DNA of 32,000 nucleotides from Vibrio alginolyticus NBRC 15630 = ATCC 17749. GTDB taxonomy: Bacteria; Pseudomonadota; Gammaproteobacteria; Enterobacterales; Vibrionaceae. Location of the stretch: NCBI RefSeq assembly GCF_000354175.2, contig NC_022359.1, positions 180,001-212,000 on the forward strand, written 5' to 3'. The translations under genes were made by a program, and so were the position numbers. Below, piece by piece: positions 1 through 8,393 of this stretch; the stretch's first letter is position 1, and each line of letters begins with the position of its first letter. A model generated the notes under the pieces. The model ran no database searches. It was not told the DNA's origin and saw only the letters and a program-made list of their open reading frames with translations.

Positions 1-72
1 ATTATCATCATCGCTTGGGCAACCAGCGAGCAAGCCGACTGAAGCTGCTACTAGTAAGATTCTGTATTTCAT
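1..72 (-). CDS. Lipoprotein, N-terminal fragment only (the gene continues past the window start)
   Basis: My own reverse-strand translation from the ATG at 72 gives MKYRILLVAASVGLLAGCPSDDDN, a signal peptide with an L-A-G-C lipobox. An AAGGGGGA Shine-Dalgarno sits just upstream, overlapping the stop of the preceding gene, so it is probably co-transcribed with 82..765. Confidence 0.5.
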   Translation of the reverse strand, partial: MKYRILLVAASVGLLAGCPSDDDN

Positions 73-81
73 ACATCCCCC

Positions 82-765
82 TTACTTCACAACGATTGTG
101 ATGGTTGCGACTGGGTTTAACCAACGATGGCTACTGCTGTCTAGGTCACTGATGCCGCCAGATGGGTCGCTATCACCAAGGTTACCCGGATGCACGTGAA
201 CTTTGTCGTTAGTTACCGTTGCTTCAACGCCTGTGCCGCCAGTACCAAAGGTAATGAAAGGTGGGTTTGGCATGCTAGACGCAAGCTCATCGTTCGCTTC
301 TGTACCAGCATCGTAACTTCTTAGCGTTGCTCGGTATGTACCCGCTTCCGTTGGAATCTTCCAGCTATCTAGACCGACAAAACCGTCATTGGTTGGCAGC
401 AACATCGCGCTCAGAGAAAGATAACCGTGGTCGCCACTATCCAAGGTGAAGGTGGTTGCCACACCTGGGTTCAAAATGCCACCAGCAGGGTTCTCTACCA
501 CCGCACCACCAGCGTTACCAATCACACTAGCAAGCCCAGAGATATCACCGCCTTCTGCCATTGCTTCTAGTTCTGGCGTTGATGCTTGACCCGTTCTGAA
601 CATTTGAAGATCAGAACCATGTGCGGCAACAATAAGTGGCGTAAAGTAGATGCCTTTGGTTGCGTTTGTCACGGTGATTTCCAATTCCGCCGCATTCACT
701 GATGCAGAGCCTAGTGCCATAGCGACTGAAGTCATGACGAGTCCGAGTTGGGTACGTTTTTTCAT
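82..765 (-). CDS. Secreted spondin_N-like domain protein
   Basis: 227-aa ORF with a Sec signal peptide (MKKRTQLGLVMTSVAMALGSASVNA/AE). The sequence pattern (ITVTN.T.G..FTP...A.H, AE.GD...L, LS.ML.PTNDGF.G) matches what I recall of bacterial spondin_N domain proteins. The family call is from memory and not verified. Confidence 0.6.
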   Translation of the reverse strand: MKKRTQLGLVMTSVAMALGSASVNAAELEITVTNATKGIYFTPLIVAAHGSDLQMFRTGQASTPELEAMAEGGDISGLASVIGNAGGAVVENPAGGILNPGVATTFTLDSGDHGYLSLSAMLLPTNDGFVGLDSWKIPTEAGTYRATLRSYDAGTEANDELASSMPNPPFITFGTGGTGVEATVTNDKVHVHPGNLGDSDPSGGISDLDSSSHRWLNPVATITIVVK

Positions 766-919
766 TGTGATTCCATCCTTTAATGAGGGTTGAACTACCC
801 AAGCCCATGTGTACGGCTTTACTTCTTTGTTCGTGACTTGAGTAGGTTAAGCATTACGTTTCGAACGTTTTGCGTTCTTGCCTCTAAGAATGACGAGCAA
901 ATCTATCAGCAACTTCATC

Positions 920-963
920 GAATTCTCATAAAATTCTCACAAGTTCTGTTCGAATTCTGTCAA
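920..963 (+). promoter_or_regulatory. Four helically phased direct repeats (RARTTCT-type, Pho-box-like); candidate binding array for an OmpR/PhoB-family regulator
   Basis: cGAATTCTCATa / aAAATTCTCACa / aAGTTCTGTTc / gAATTCTGTCAa start at 920, 931, 941 and 952 (spacing 11/10/11). TTCTCATAAAATTCTCAC matches 14/18 of the E. coli Pho box CTGTCATAAAACTGTCAC. A possible -10 element, TACTCT, lies at 976-981. Confidence 0.35.
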
Positions 964-1053
964 CAGCACTTTTTTACTCTTAATCAGCTATTTACACGTC
1001 GCGCTTTCCCCTCCTACAATGCGATATTCCCTGTTTAAATAACGATTCTCACC

Positions 1054-1527
1054 ATGATTCATAACGTTCTGTCTGCCTACTATGGCGAAATCTACGGCAT
1101 CGCTTTTTTCAACCACTACTTGAGCCATTACGCCCAAAGTGAACAACAAACGCTGTGGCAAACCTTGATTAAAGTGGAAGAGCTAACCGCAGAAAAGCTC
1201 AAACCTGTACTGCTGACAAATGGCATGGATATCGAAAGTCGACACCAAGAGATGTTGGATAAAGGCTTGGAAGATGCAATCAAATGGATTGGTTTACCAT
1301 GGCAAGAGTTGGTGGCGACTCTTCTGAAATGGGTAGAACCTTATGAGGTCAAGTATCGAGAGTGGCATGAAGAAGTGAACGCTTCACAGCAGTATTCAAT
1401 CGCTGAACGAGAAGCTATCGAGTTGATTGCAGACCACGAAACGGCCATTTATCACTGTTGGCAGCAATACCATACTGGTGAATCTGGCTTGCCTGCACTC
1501 AATGCATTTTTGGCAAAATATCGTTAA
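1054..1527 (+). CDS. Hypothetical protein (helical; family not recognised)
   Basis: 157-aa ORF with normal-looking composition. No clear Shine-Dalgarno precedes the ATG. It contains an ExxH-type motif (ADHETAIYH) but I cannot assign a family. Confidence 0.55.
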   Translation: MIHNVLSAYYGEIYGIAFFNHYLSHYAQSEQQTLWQTLIKVEELTAEKLKPVLLTNGMDIESRHQEMLDKGLEDAIKWIGLPWQELVATLLKWVEPYEVKYREWHEEVNASQQYSIAEREAIELIADHETAIYHCWQQYHTGESGLPALNAFLAKYR

Positions 1528-1604
1528 AGCGAGACGGTGACACTTGAACCTCGTGAAACCGTACCAGACAATATCGTTATTCCGCTGCGCAGAACTGAAC
1601 AATT

Positions 1605-2534
1605 ATGGTTAATCCAAAACTCATAGCCCTACTTCCTGATCTTGCTTCGTTTATCTTAGTGGTAAACGAAGGCAGTTTTACCGCTGCTGCTAAACAACTC
1701 GGCGTAACGCCATCGGCTTTAAGTAAGTTGATCACACGGTTGGAACAAGCCCTCTCGGTCAAACTGTTTGAGCGCACGACTCGTAAGTTGATCATCACTC
1801 AAGCTGGGCAAAAGGTTTACGACCAAAGCATCGCAATGGTGAATGCCGCGCAGCAAGCCGTTGAGCTATCTGCGGAAGATCATGCTGAGCCAACAGGCGC
1901 ACTCACAGTAGCAGCCCCTGAAGCATTTCTTAATTCGGTGCTTCAACCGTTTGTGTTGCCATTCCTAGAACGTTATCCAAATATACAGCTTAAGCTGCGC
2001 GCAGCAGATGGTGAGATTGATCTTTTCCGCCAAGGTATTGATGTCGCCTTTAAGCTCACCGACAAACCCGATGAGAATCTGGTCCTCAAAGAGATCAGCA
2101 AGACCAATCTTGTTTTGTGTGCTTCTCCAGATTACCTAGCCAAACATGGTATGCCTGAGCACCCAACCGAGCTTGAGCAGCACGACTGCATTTACCTTGC
2201 CGAGAACGACAAAGACAACATCTGGTCATTCTTTAAAGAAGAAGCGTTCCACTCCATTGCCGTGAGTGGACGCTACGCCGTCAACCATTCTCAAATGCGC
2301 TTGAACGGGGTTAAGTCTGGCTTGGGAATTGGGATCTTCCATGACTTCGTGATCAAAGACGCATTAGAGCAAGGTGAAGTGGTGGAGGTTCTGCCGGATT
2401 GGATGATCAAGAGTAACTACCACGGCGCTATCGCGATGCAGTATGCACAAACTAAATACATGCCTGCTCGTCTGCGCGTGTTTATCGACTTCGTTAAGGA
2501 GCATTTAGTCTCCGACGATACTAACCATGCTTGA
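1605..2534 (+). CDS. LysR-family transcriptional regulator
   Basis: 309 aa with an N-terminal HTH (FTAAAKQLGVTPSALSKLITRLEQALSVKLFERTTRKL) and a LysR substrate-binding region. Confidence 0.9.
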   Translation: MVNPKLIALLPDLASFILVVNEGSFTAAAKQLGVTPSALSKLITRLEQALSVKLFERTTRKLIITQAGQKVYDQSIAMVNAAQQAVELSAEDHAEPTGALTVAAPEAFLNSVLQPFVLPFLERYPNIQLKLRAADGEIDLFRQGIDVAFKLTDKPDENLVLKEISKTNLVLCASPDYLAKHGMPEHPTELEQHDCIYLAENDKDNIWSFFKEEAFHSIAVSGRYAVNHSQMRLNGVKSGLGIGIFHDFVIKDALEQGEVVEVLPDWMIKSNYHGAIAMQYAQTKYMPARLRVFIDFVKEHLVSDDTNHA

Positions 2535-2545
2535 AGAGGCTAACC

Positions 2546-2929
2546 ATGTTTAATGCCATTCATCACGTCGCGATCATTTGCAGCGATTACCCAAGGTCAA
2601 AACGCTTTTACACTGAAGTGTTGGGTTTGAAAGTCATTGCCGAGAACTATCGCGAAGCTAGAGACTCCTACAAGCTTGACCTCGCTTTACCTGACGGCAG
2701 CCAAGTGGAACTGTTTAGCTTTCCAGACGCACCAGAGAGACCGAGCTTTCCTGAAGCACAAGGCCTGCGACATCTCGCATTTTTGGTTGATGATGTTGAA
2801 CAAGTGAAAGCCTACCTAGAATCGAATGACGTTGAAGTTGAGCCAATTCGTATTGACGAATTCACAGGCAAAGCCTTCACCTTTTTCCAAGATCCAGATG
2901 GCTTACCGCTGGAAATTTATCAGAAATAA
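2546..2929 (+). CDS. yaeR: VOC/glyoxalase-I-like metalloprotein, YaeR family
   Basis: Near-colinear similarity to E. coli YaeR as I recall it (HH.AII..DY..SK.FY...LG, YREARDS.K.DLAL, ELFSFP..PERPS.PEA.GLRHLAF.VDD, FTFF.DPDGLPLE.Y). I moved the start to the ATG at 2546 (GAAGAGG Shine-Dalgarno) instead of the track's TTG at 2531. Confidence 0.85.
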   Translation: MFNAIHHVAIICSDYPRSKRFYTEVLGLKVIAENYREARDSYKLDLALPDGSQVELFSFPDAPERPSFPEAQGLRHLAFLVDDVEQVKAYLESNDVEVEPIRIDEFTGKAFTFFQDPDGLPLEIYQK

Positions 2930-2932
2930 AAA

Positions 2933-2953
2933 GAGCCAGCACTTCGCTGGCTC
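2933..2953. terminator. Hairpin between convergent genes (bidirectional terminator candidate)
   Basis: GAGCCAGC-acttc-GCTGGCTC, with an A-run before it and a T-rich stretch after it, lying between the yaeR stop and the PepSY gene stop. Confidence 0.6.
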
Positions 2954-2980
2954 TTCTACTATTCCACTCTTTGTCTGTTA

Positions 2981-4420
2981 CTAATTCAACGCTGTTTTCA
3001 GCTTCTCGACGCGGTTGAACAACAGCCAATCCAGTGCGAGAACCGTAACAATCGCCAAACCGCCCATCGGAAACGCCAAACACAATATCACCAACGCTAC
3101 TAAACCAAGTTTCCAAATGCCGTCTTGCTGAAACTTAGGTGGCGCGCCCAATGCGGCACTGCGACTTGGTCTACGAATCCACCACATCACCACACCTGTG
3201 ATTGAGATTAAGATGAACGCCAAACAGAACACTACGTTGAGTACTTTGTTCAATATACTCACATCGCCTTGGTGCAATGACACACCTGCCGCCATGAACT
3301 TGGCAAATAGGCTGTAATCTTGCCACGTTACATCCACCAACAAGCGACCGGAATATTGGTCAAAGTGGCTGGTGCGATCTTGTCTTGGGTCGGAAATGTC
3401 GCCGCCCATAGCGTTAGCTGCAACGGTGTAAACGCCCGTCTCAGAGCGTGGTAAAAACAGCTTATAGCCCGTAAAGCCCATCATTTCAGCCTTGAGGATG
3501 ATATCATCAATAGAGAGCGTTTCATGAGTGCCTGCGTATGCCATCTCTTCCTTCATATTGGCATGATCATGAGCGGGCTTATCTTTCGATTCTGGCACAG
3601 CAGCAAGCTCTAAGTTCCATGGCATCTCTTCTGAAGCACCGTGGTTAAGATCTTTATGTGTCAGTGTGGATTCTGGTTTCTCACCCCATGTGTAATAGGT
3701 TGGGAAGGTATTCCAAGCTTGCACCATTTTCGCCCCCCAGATCCCTGCCCACGACAATCCTGAAATCAAAAAGAACAACAGAACAAGCGACAGTACACCA
3801 CCTAAATTCGCATGCAGGTCACGCATCAAAATTCGAGGGCCATTGTTAAGGCGAATTTTCAAAAAGCCGGCGCGGCTGGCGTTGTCTCTAGGTAACCAAA
3901 GGTACAAACCAGACACCAACAGCAAAATCCCCAGACTTGCGGCGATTTCAATTAGACGGTCACCTAAGTCTCCGATGAGCAACGTACCGTGAATGCTGTT
4001 CATCAGTTCATAGATGCTATCACCACGGTCAATGGTGCCTTGTACGTCTCCTGTGTAAGGATTTACTGCAACAATCAGCGAGCTGCCTTCTTGGTTTTGA
4101 ATCGAGAAGCGGTTGGCCATATCAGCCGTTTTAGCAGGTACAAATTGAGTGACATTAAAATCGGGATACGCCTGCTTTACGGTTTCTAATTGTGCAGAGA
4201 CAGGAACCATTTGCTCTTGTGGTGAAACTTGTAATGTCGCTTCGTATCGAGCCAGTTCGATTTCATCATCAAACAACATCACCAATCCCGTGAGGGAAAG
4301 CATGAGCATAAATGGAATGACGAACAAACCTGCGTAGAAGTGCCATCGCCACGTCATAAAGTAGATGGATTTTGCGCGTGAGGCTTCCTTGAGTTGAGGC
4401 TTTGCCGAGTTTCTCAACAT
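2981..4420 (-). CDS. PepSY-associated TM-helix protein (PiuB/FoxB-like inner-membrane protein)
   Basis: Multiple TM segments with four H-x(2-3)-G motifs at TM boundaries (WHFYAG, IHGTLLIG, LHANLGG, LHQGD), typical of PepSY_TM proteins. Start moved to the ATG at 4420 (AAGGAA Shine-Dalgarno 8 nt upstream); the track start at 4450 is a GTG. Confidence 0.8.
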   Translation of the reverse strand: MLRNSAKPQLKEASRAKSIYFMTWRWHFYAGLFVIPFMLMLSLTGLVMLFDDEIELARYEATLQVSPQEQMVPVSAQLETVKQAYPDFNVTQFVPAKTADMANRFSIQNQEGSSLIVAVNPYTGDVQGTIDRGDSIYELMNSIHGTLLIGDLGDRLIEIAASLGILLLVSGLYLWLPRDNASRAGFLKIRLNNGPRILMRDLHANLGGVLSLVLLFFLISGLSWAGIWGAKMVQAWNTFPTYYTWGEKPESTLTHKDLNHGASEEMPWNLELAAVPESKDKPAHDHANMKEEMAYAGTHETLSIDDIILKAEMMGFTGYKLFLPRSETGVYTVAANAMGGDISDPRQDRTSHFDQYSGRLLVDVTWQDYSLFAKFMAAGVSLHQGDVSILNKVLNVVFCLAFILISITGVVMWWIRRPSRSAALGAPPKFQQDGIWKLGLVALVILCLAFPMGGLAIVTVLALDWLLFNRVEKLKTALN

Positions 4421-4450
4421 GTGTATTTTCCTTTTTTCATTGTTGAACAC

Positions 4451-4516
4451 CCAAATTCAGTCAAACGCATCCTGCACATACACATTCGTATGCGGCGCTA
4501 ATTGACTTAGATTTGG
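4451..4516. other. Extended hairpin abutting the PepSY gene ribosome-binding region
   Basis: CCAAATTCAGTCAA (4451-4464) pairs with TTGACTTAGATTTGG (4502-4516). An inner CGCAT/ATGCG pairing is also present. Confidence 0.4.
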
Positions 4517-4553
4517 GAGTACCACTGCTCGAAGTGGCAGTGTTGCTGACTAT

Positions 4554-4819
4554 ATACCCAAGTGACTTCAAGATGCTGGATTCAGAGCGTTGTCATTGAT
4601 TCGAGTGCAAAGAAAACAACGCTGTGTAATAGACAACTCTTTCCAAGTTGTTTGAAGCAGCAATCGGAGCAATAACACGCTCCCGAAGGGCGAGTTGCCT
4701 TGGCTTGTATACTTTGTTGTCGATATCTTGATTTAGACCCACTAGACCTTTAAATCGCCGCCGCGTCTACAAACCAAGTCATTCTCGCTGAACCAAGCAT
4801 CTCGAGGTTACTTGGGTAT
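4554..4819. repeat. 266-bp element bounded by roughly 35-bp imperfect inverted repeats (MITE-like element or large RNA structure)
   Basis: Left arm 4554-4589 is ATACCCAAGTGACTTCAAGATGCTGGATTCAGAGCG. The reverse complement of the right arm 4786-4819 is ATACCCAAGTAACCTCGAGATGCTTGGTTCAGCG (about 29 matched positions, with the outer 10 perfect). Confidence 0.5.
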
Positions 4820-4835
4820 CGTGTAATTGTTTTTG

Positions 4836-5195
4836 TTATGAGAAAAGGGAAACTGGCGGCGCTCGAGGAACTGGTGTTTCAAATCGCACACTTAGAGCCA
4901 AATAAGCGTAGCTGTCAGAAGTCACCAAGCTCTGTCTTGAAAGTATCGGTGTCGTTGGAAGTGTATCGTGATGAAAAGTCGAGAAGTGGCTAAACGGACA
5001 AGGCTTGCCTTTGTGGCTGACCGAATTGTCGCCCTCTTCTATTTGGACCAACTCAAATCCGTTAAGCGTACATAGCGTCGCCCACACGCCCATGCTGTTA
5101 CCATGAGCATTGATAACAGGCATCAGTGTCACTAGCACCCAACTGAGAGCACTAGCAAATAACATCGAGCGGTAAAAAGGAATTAATCTACGCAT
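4836..5195 (-). CDS. Small membrane/periplasmic protein, DUF2946-like
   Basis: 119 aa with an N-terminal hydrophobic segment and Cys/His-rich stretches (HKGKPCPFSHFSTFHH). It lies upstream of a PepSY-TM gene, as DUF2946 genes commonly do. The family call is from memory. Confidence 0.45.
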   Translation of the reverse strand: MRRLIPFYRSMLFASALSWVLVTLMPVINAHGNSMGVWATLCTLNGFELVQIEEGDNSVSHKGKPCPFSHFSTFHHDTLPTTPILSRQSLVTSDSYAYLALSVRFETPVPRAPPVSLFS

Positions 5196-5231
5196 AACGG
5201 TGACTTAACAAATTTCACACAGCGTAACCAA

Positions 5232-5251
5232 TTTTGAGTGATAGCTCAAAA
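5232..5251. promoter_or_regulatory. Palindrome (candidate operator) upstream of the DUF2946-like gene
   Basis: TTTTGAG-tgatag-CTCAAAA, located 37-56 nt upstream of the start codon at 5195. Confidence 0.25.
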
Positions 5252-5312
5252 ACAGGATCAATAAGTGCTTGCTACCTCACAGGTTTTCTTGAATGCATCG
5301 ATTGACAGTCGC

Positions 5313-5338
5313 AAAAAAGCCCGCCGAAATGGCAGGCT
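5313..5338 (-). terminator. Rho-independent terminator downstream of cybC
   Basis: On the minus strand the sequence reads GCCUGCC-AUUUC-GGCGGGC followed by UUUUUU. Confidence 0.7.
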
Positions 5339-5413
5339 GATAATGTGTTCATTCATTACTTAGAGATAACGCGTAATCCACTGCCACGAGCAAATGCTCC
5401 GCTCAGTAGATAA

Positions 5414-5803
5414 TTAGCCAAACAACTTGCTCCAAATGCTTGGATTGCGCTTGTCGTGGTACTCTTCACGAAGACTATCGATTTCACGCAGTTGAGCTTT
5501 TGCTTCTTGTAGCTTGCCCGCATCAAGATCCGCTTCAATCTTATCTAGCGTTACCGTCAGCTTGTTAAAGCCTTCTAAGTAAGTATCAAACTTCTCTGGT
5601 GGGTAATTACCACGCTTAGATTGTTCAACAATCGCTTGCAAGCTATCAATCGCAGATTTCATGGTTTCAACATCAGACGCTTCCGCCGCCTGTTTGAATT
5701 CCATCTTCATCTGTTTCATGTTTTGTTTTAAATCAACCGCTTCTGCCATTGCGTATGTTGAGCCAAACGCAATCGCACACCCTAGGACTAAAGGACGTAA
5801 CAT
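5414..5803 (-). CDS. cybC: Soluble cytochrome b562
   Basis: 129 aa with a signal peptide. The mature N-terminus (AVDLKQNMKQMK) and the C-terminus (LREIDSLREEYHDKR) parallel E. coli b562 (ADLEDNMETLN ... LKTTRNAYHQKYR). The Met and His axial-ligand positions are conserved. Confidence 0.8.
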   Translation of the reverse strand: MLRPLVLGCAIAFGSTYAMAEAVDLKQNMKQMKMEFKQAAEASDVETMKSAIDSLQAIVEQSKRGNYPPEKFDTYLEGFNKLTVTLDKIEADLDAGKLQEAKAQLREIDSLREEYHDKRNPSIWSKLFG

Positions 5804-5959
5804 TTTTCACTTCTCCATTTATAGTGCCGAATTCTGTGTCGGCTTTATTCACCCAAATAACCTACGCCATAAGAGGCGAAAAACTAGCTTAGTTGAGTAT
5901 TTCCGGGTCGCAGTGTAAAGCAATCTGGCGTCGGGTGCATACCTTAAATGTAATCAAGT

Positions 5960-6715
5960 TTATGCGTTGAGAATGCTGTCATATTCTGCAATTGGTTTAC
6001 GGCCTCTCAAAGCTAAGAAAGACAAAAACTGCTGAGCGGTGTGAGTAATCACTTTCTTGCTATCAATACCCACTTTGTCCATTAACTCTCCAACCAAATC
6101 CAGATTACCAACATCGTGACAGAAATGCGCGTCACTGCCCGTGGTGAAGAAAACACCGAGATCTTTCCCGATTTGTGCAATCTCGTGGCAACGGTCTACG
6201 CTGCCTACTCGGCTGTTGCCTTTCAGCGTGGTGTTATTAATTTCAATCGCGACATTGTGCTCTTTCGCGCACGCTAAAACGGTCTGAAAATCAAAGTCGA
6301 AATTTGGATTACCAAGATGACCGAGCGCATCAATACGACCACTCTGAATGACATTAACAAGTGCTTCCGTGTGAGTTTGCTTGTTTGCAGGACGAAAAAC
6401 GGGTTCATGAAAACTCGCGATCACCCAATCCAAATTTCGATCAACGCTGTCGGGAATGTCGATGTCACCTTGAGTGTTCATGATGTTAGATTCAACGCCA
6501 CGAATAATCGCAACCCCCTCAAGAAAACGAGGCAGAATTTTCTGGTTCGAGAAGAACCAGTAATGAGGCGCACCCGGCATTGATTCTGCGTGATCGGTCG
6601 TGCAGAACATATCCAGCCCGTTCTCTTTTGCCAACTTTGCATTTTCAAGCAAGGTACTGTACGCGTGACCACTGGCGTACGTATGTGTATGGGTATCAAC
6701 TTTAAATTCCATCAT
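5960..6715 (-). CDS. ycdX: PHP-domain phosphatase YcdX
   Basis: Colinear with E. coli YcdX as I recall it (VD.H.HT.AS.HAYST, TDH...[35 protein letters not shown]). Confidence 0.9.
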   Translation of the reverse strand: MMEFKVDTHTHTYASGHAYSTLLENAKLAKENGLDMFCTTDHAESMPGAPHYWFFSNQKILPRFLEGVAIIRGVESNIMNTQGDIDIPDSVDRNLDWVIASFHEPVFRPANKQTHTEALVNVIQSGRIDALGHLGNPNFDFDFQTVLACAKEHNVAIEINNTTLKGNSRVGSVDRCHEIAQIGKDLGVFFTTGSDAHFCHDVGNLDLVGELMDKVGIDSKKVITHTAQQFLSFLALRGRKPIAEYDSILNA

Positions 6716-6795
6716 CCACTCTCTTAGGTGCGCTATCTTGCGTGCTATTGTATACCTTCAGGCAACGCATCGTCAGCCCAAGATAAGCAAGAACC

Positions 6796-7242
6796 CTAAG
6801 CTTGCTCTTCACTAATGGCTTTTATCAAGGGTAAAGCTTTTTCCCATCCGTGATTAAACATGGAAACAAAGTCGTTGTGAGTATGAATGGTAACATTGAG
6901 TAGTAAACGATCGTTGTTGGTATCGATCTGGTAGATCTCTCGCGATCCGATCCACCTAGATGCTAGGTCAGCATCGAGTTGTTGACGATTATCCGGATTA
7001 AAAATGGCAACATGATGAAATTCAAGTTTTTGAAGCGGTAGCACCGTATCTATGATCGCCCTTGTCCCGCCCATATCTGGATCAAAAAAAGTGATGCCAC
7101 CTCCTTCTTCCCAAGCTCCTTCAAATTGAGACTGCGGTGAAAAGGCTTGTGCCCAACGTTTATACAACTCAACATCGGTTAGCACTTCCCACACTCTTTG
7201 CGGTGTCGCCGAAATTTCGACGTAATAATTTAGCGTAAGCAT
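6796..7242 (-). CDS. SRPBCC/AHSA1-like domain protein
   Basis: 148 aa. The N-terminal pattern (I.A.P..VW.VLTD...Y..W) is typical of SRPBCC (Aha1/START-like) proteins. Confidence 0.65.
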   Translation of the reverse strand: MLTLNYYVEISATPQRVWEVLTDVELYKRWAQAFSPQSQFEGAWEEGGGITFFDPDMGGTRAIIDTVLPLQKLEFHHVAIFNPDNRQQLDADLASRWIGSREIYQIDTNNDRLLLNVTIHTHNDFVSMFNHGWEKALPLIKAISEEQA

Positions 7243-7341
7243 GATTTCTCTCCCTGAACCTTTCTTGACGCTAGCCCATACTCAAGAAAAATCAAACCAC
7301 ACGACCAATTTATCTACCTGCCCCCTTCATTTTCCGACAGA

Positions 7342-8265
7342 CTAAGAAGTTCTCGCTTGTAAACCACCACTGCGATGCGCCGTAAAACGAATCCAACATG
7401 TGTTCAGTATGATTGCGAGCACTATTAAACTCATCCCGACAATTTGACTTTGACTCATTCGGTCTTCAAAAAACAGGCTCTGCCAAACCGCAGTGAACAA
7501 TAAGTTAGTAAAAATGAGTGGCGCAAGTTGAGAGCCACTGCTTGCCAGTTTATATGCTTTGGAGCGAAAAACTTGGGTGTTAATGATCATCAGAGACATC
7601 ATACCGATCCACAGCGTATTTGAAGAAATCTCAGGCGCCATAACACTCATATTAAGTAACGCGTCGAAGTCATTAAACAAAGTTAGCGGCAACAGAAATA
7701 CGGCAGCAAAACCAAACGCCCAAAAGTTGATTTCTAGCGGCGACATATTTGTTTTACTCACTTTATATAACGTAAGCTGAGAACCAGAATTGAAGAGTCC
7801 ACCAGCCAAGCCGAGCAATAAATCCGCTCGCCATGTAATCTCACTTCCACCGCCCGCCAACATAACCACACCAGTGAACGCCATTGCTAAAGCCGCCAAT
7901 GTTGAAACACGAATGCGCCCTCTCATGAACAGCCTTTCAACCAAGGGAATAAATAATGGGCCAGTAGCAAACAACACAACCCCTTCAACGAGCGTTAACG
8001 TTTGTAATGACGCGATAAAGCAAAGTTGTGACAAACCGATACAAAGAGCACGCAATAAAATAGGCTTTAGCGTGCCCGATTTAGGAAAGGTAAGGTTTTT
8101 CACACGAAGTAAAATAAGCAAGATAAGCGCAGGCACCAAAAAACGTAAGAAGCTAAATAGTGTGACGGAAAGTTCGCCTGACAACTGCTTTGCTAACAGT
8201 CCAGTAACAGATAAGCTTAACGTAGACATCAACATGAAAAGGATAGATTTATTTACAGCATTCAT
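7342..8265 (-). CDS. DMT-superfamily (EamA-type) transporter
   Basis: 307 aa with about 10 predicted TM helices in a two-repeat EamA-like organisation. Confidence 0.8.
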   Translation of the reverse strand: MNAVNKSILFMLMSTLSLSVTGLLAKQLSGELSVTLFSFLRFLVPALILLILLRVKNLTFPKSGTLKPILLRALCIGLSQLCFIASLQTLTLVEGVVLFATGPLFIPLVERLFMRGRIRVSTLAALAMAFTGVVMLAGGGSEITWRADLLLGLAGGLFNSGSQLTLYKVSKTNMSPLEINFWAFGFAAVFLLPLTLFNDFDALLNMSVMAPEISSNTLWIGMMSLMIINTQVFRSKAYKLASSGSQLAPLIFTNLLFTAVWQSLFFEDRMSQSQIVGMSLIVLAIILNTCWIRFTAHRSGGLQARTS

Positions 8266-8339
8266 TCAATACTCCTTAATATATGGAGCATTTTAAAAGA
8301 CATCACTTATCGTAAATAGCGAATAATATTAACCATTGA

Positions 8340-8356
8340 TGTAAGAAAAACTTACA
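8340..8356. promoter_or_regulatory. LysR-type T-N11-A dyad in the divergent intergenic region
   Basis: TGTAAG-aaaaa-CTTACA, containing TAAG-N5-CTTA (T-N11-A), lies between the DMT transporter gene and the divergently transcribed LysR gene. Confidence 0.45.
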
Positions 8357-8393
8357 GTTTAACTTATCTATCACCAGTTACGGTTTTTAAATT

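Noticed and set aside
790-1038. 82-aa ORF in the spondin/ORF1054 intergenic region
   Set aside because: It starts at a non-ATG codon inside a promoter region, has an odd F/L/R-rich composition and no Shine-Dalgarno, and overlaps the direct-repeat array, which is better read as regulatory DNA.
5339-5360. Fur-box-like GATAATGTGTTCATTCATT
   Set aside because: It matches only about 10/19 of the Fur consensus. It also lies between the cybC stop codon and its terminator, which is not a promoter position.
5827-5852. Hairpin GCCGA-attctgtg-TCGGC followed by TTTATT, between ycdX and cybC
   Set aside because: The U-tract is on the plus strand, where no gene ends. On the minus strand, after ycdX, there is no U-tract. 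With only a 5-bp stem, it is too weak to call a terminator.
7790-8296. 168-aa plus-strand ORF overlapping the DMT transporter gene
   Set aside because: It is antisense to a membrane-protein gene with a convincing TM pattern, and its translation is low-complexity and basic. Likely spurious.
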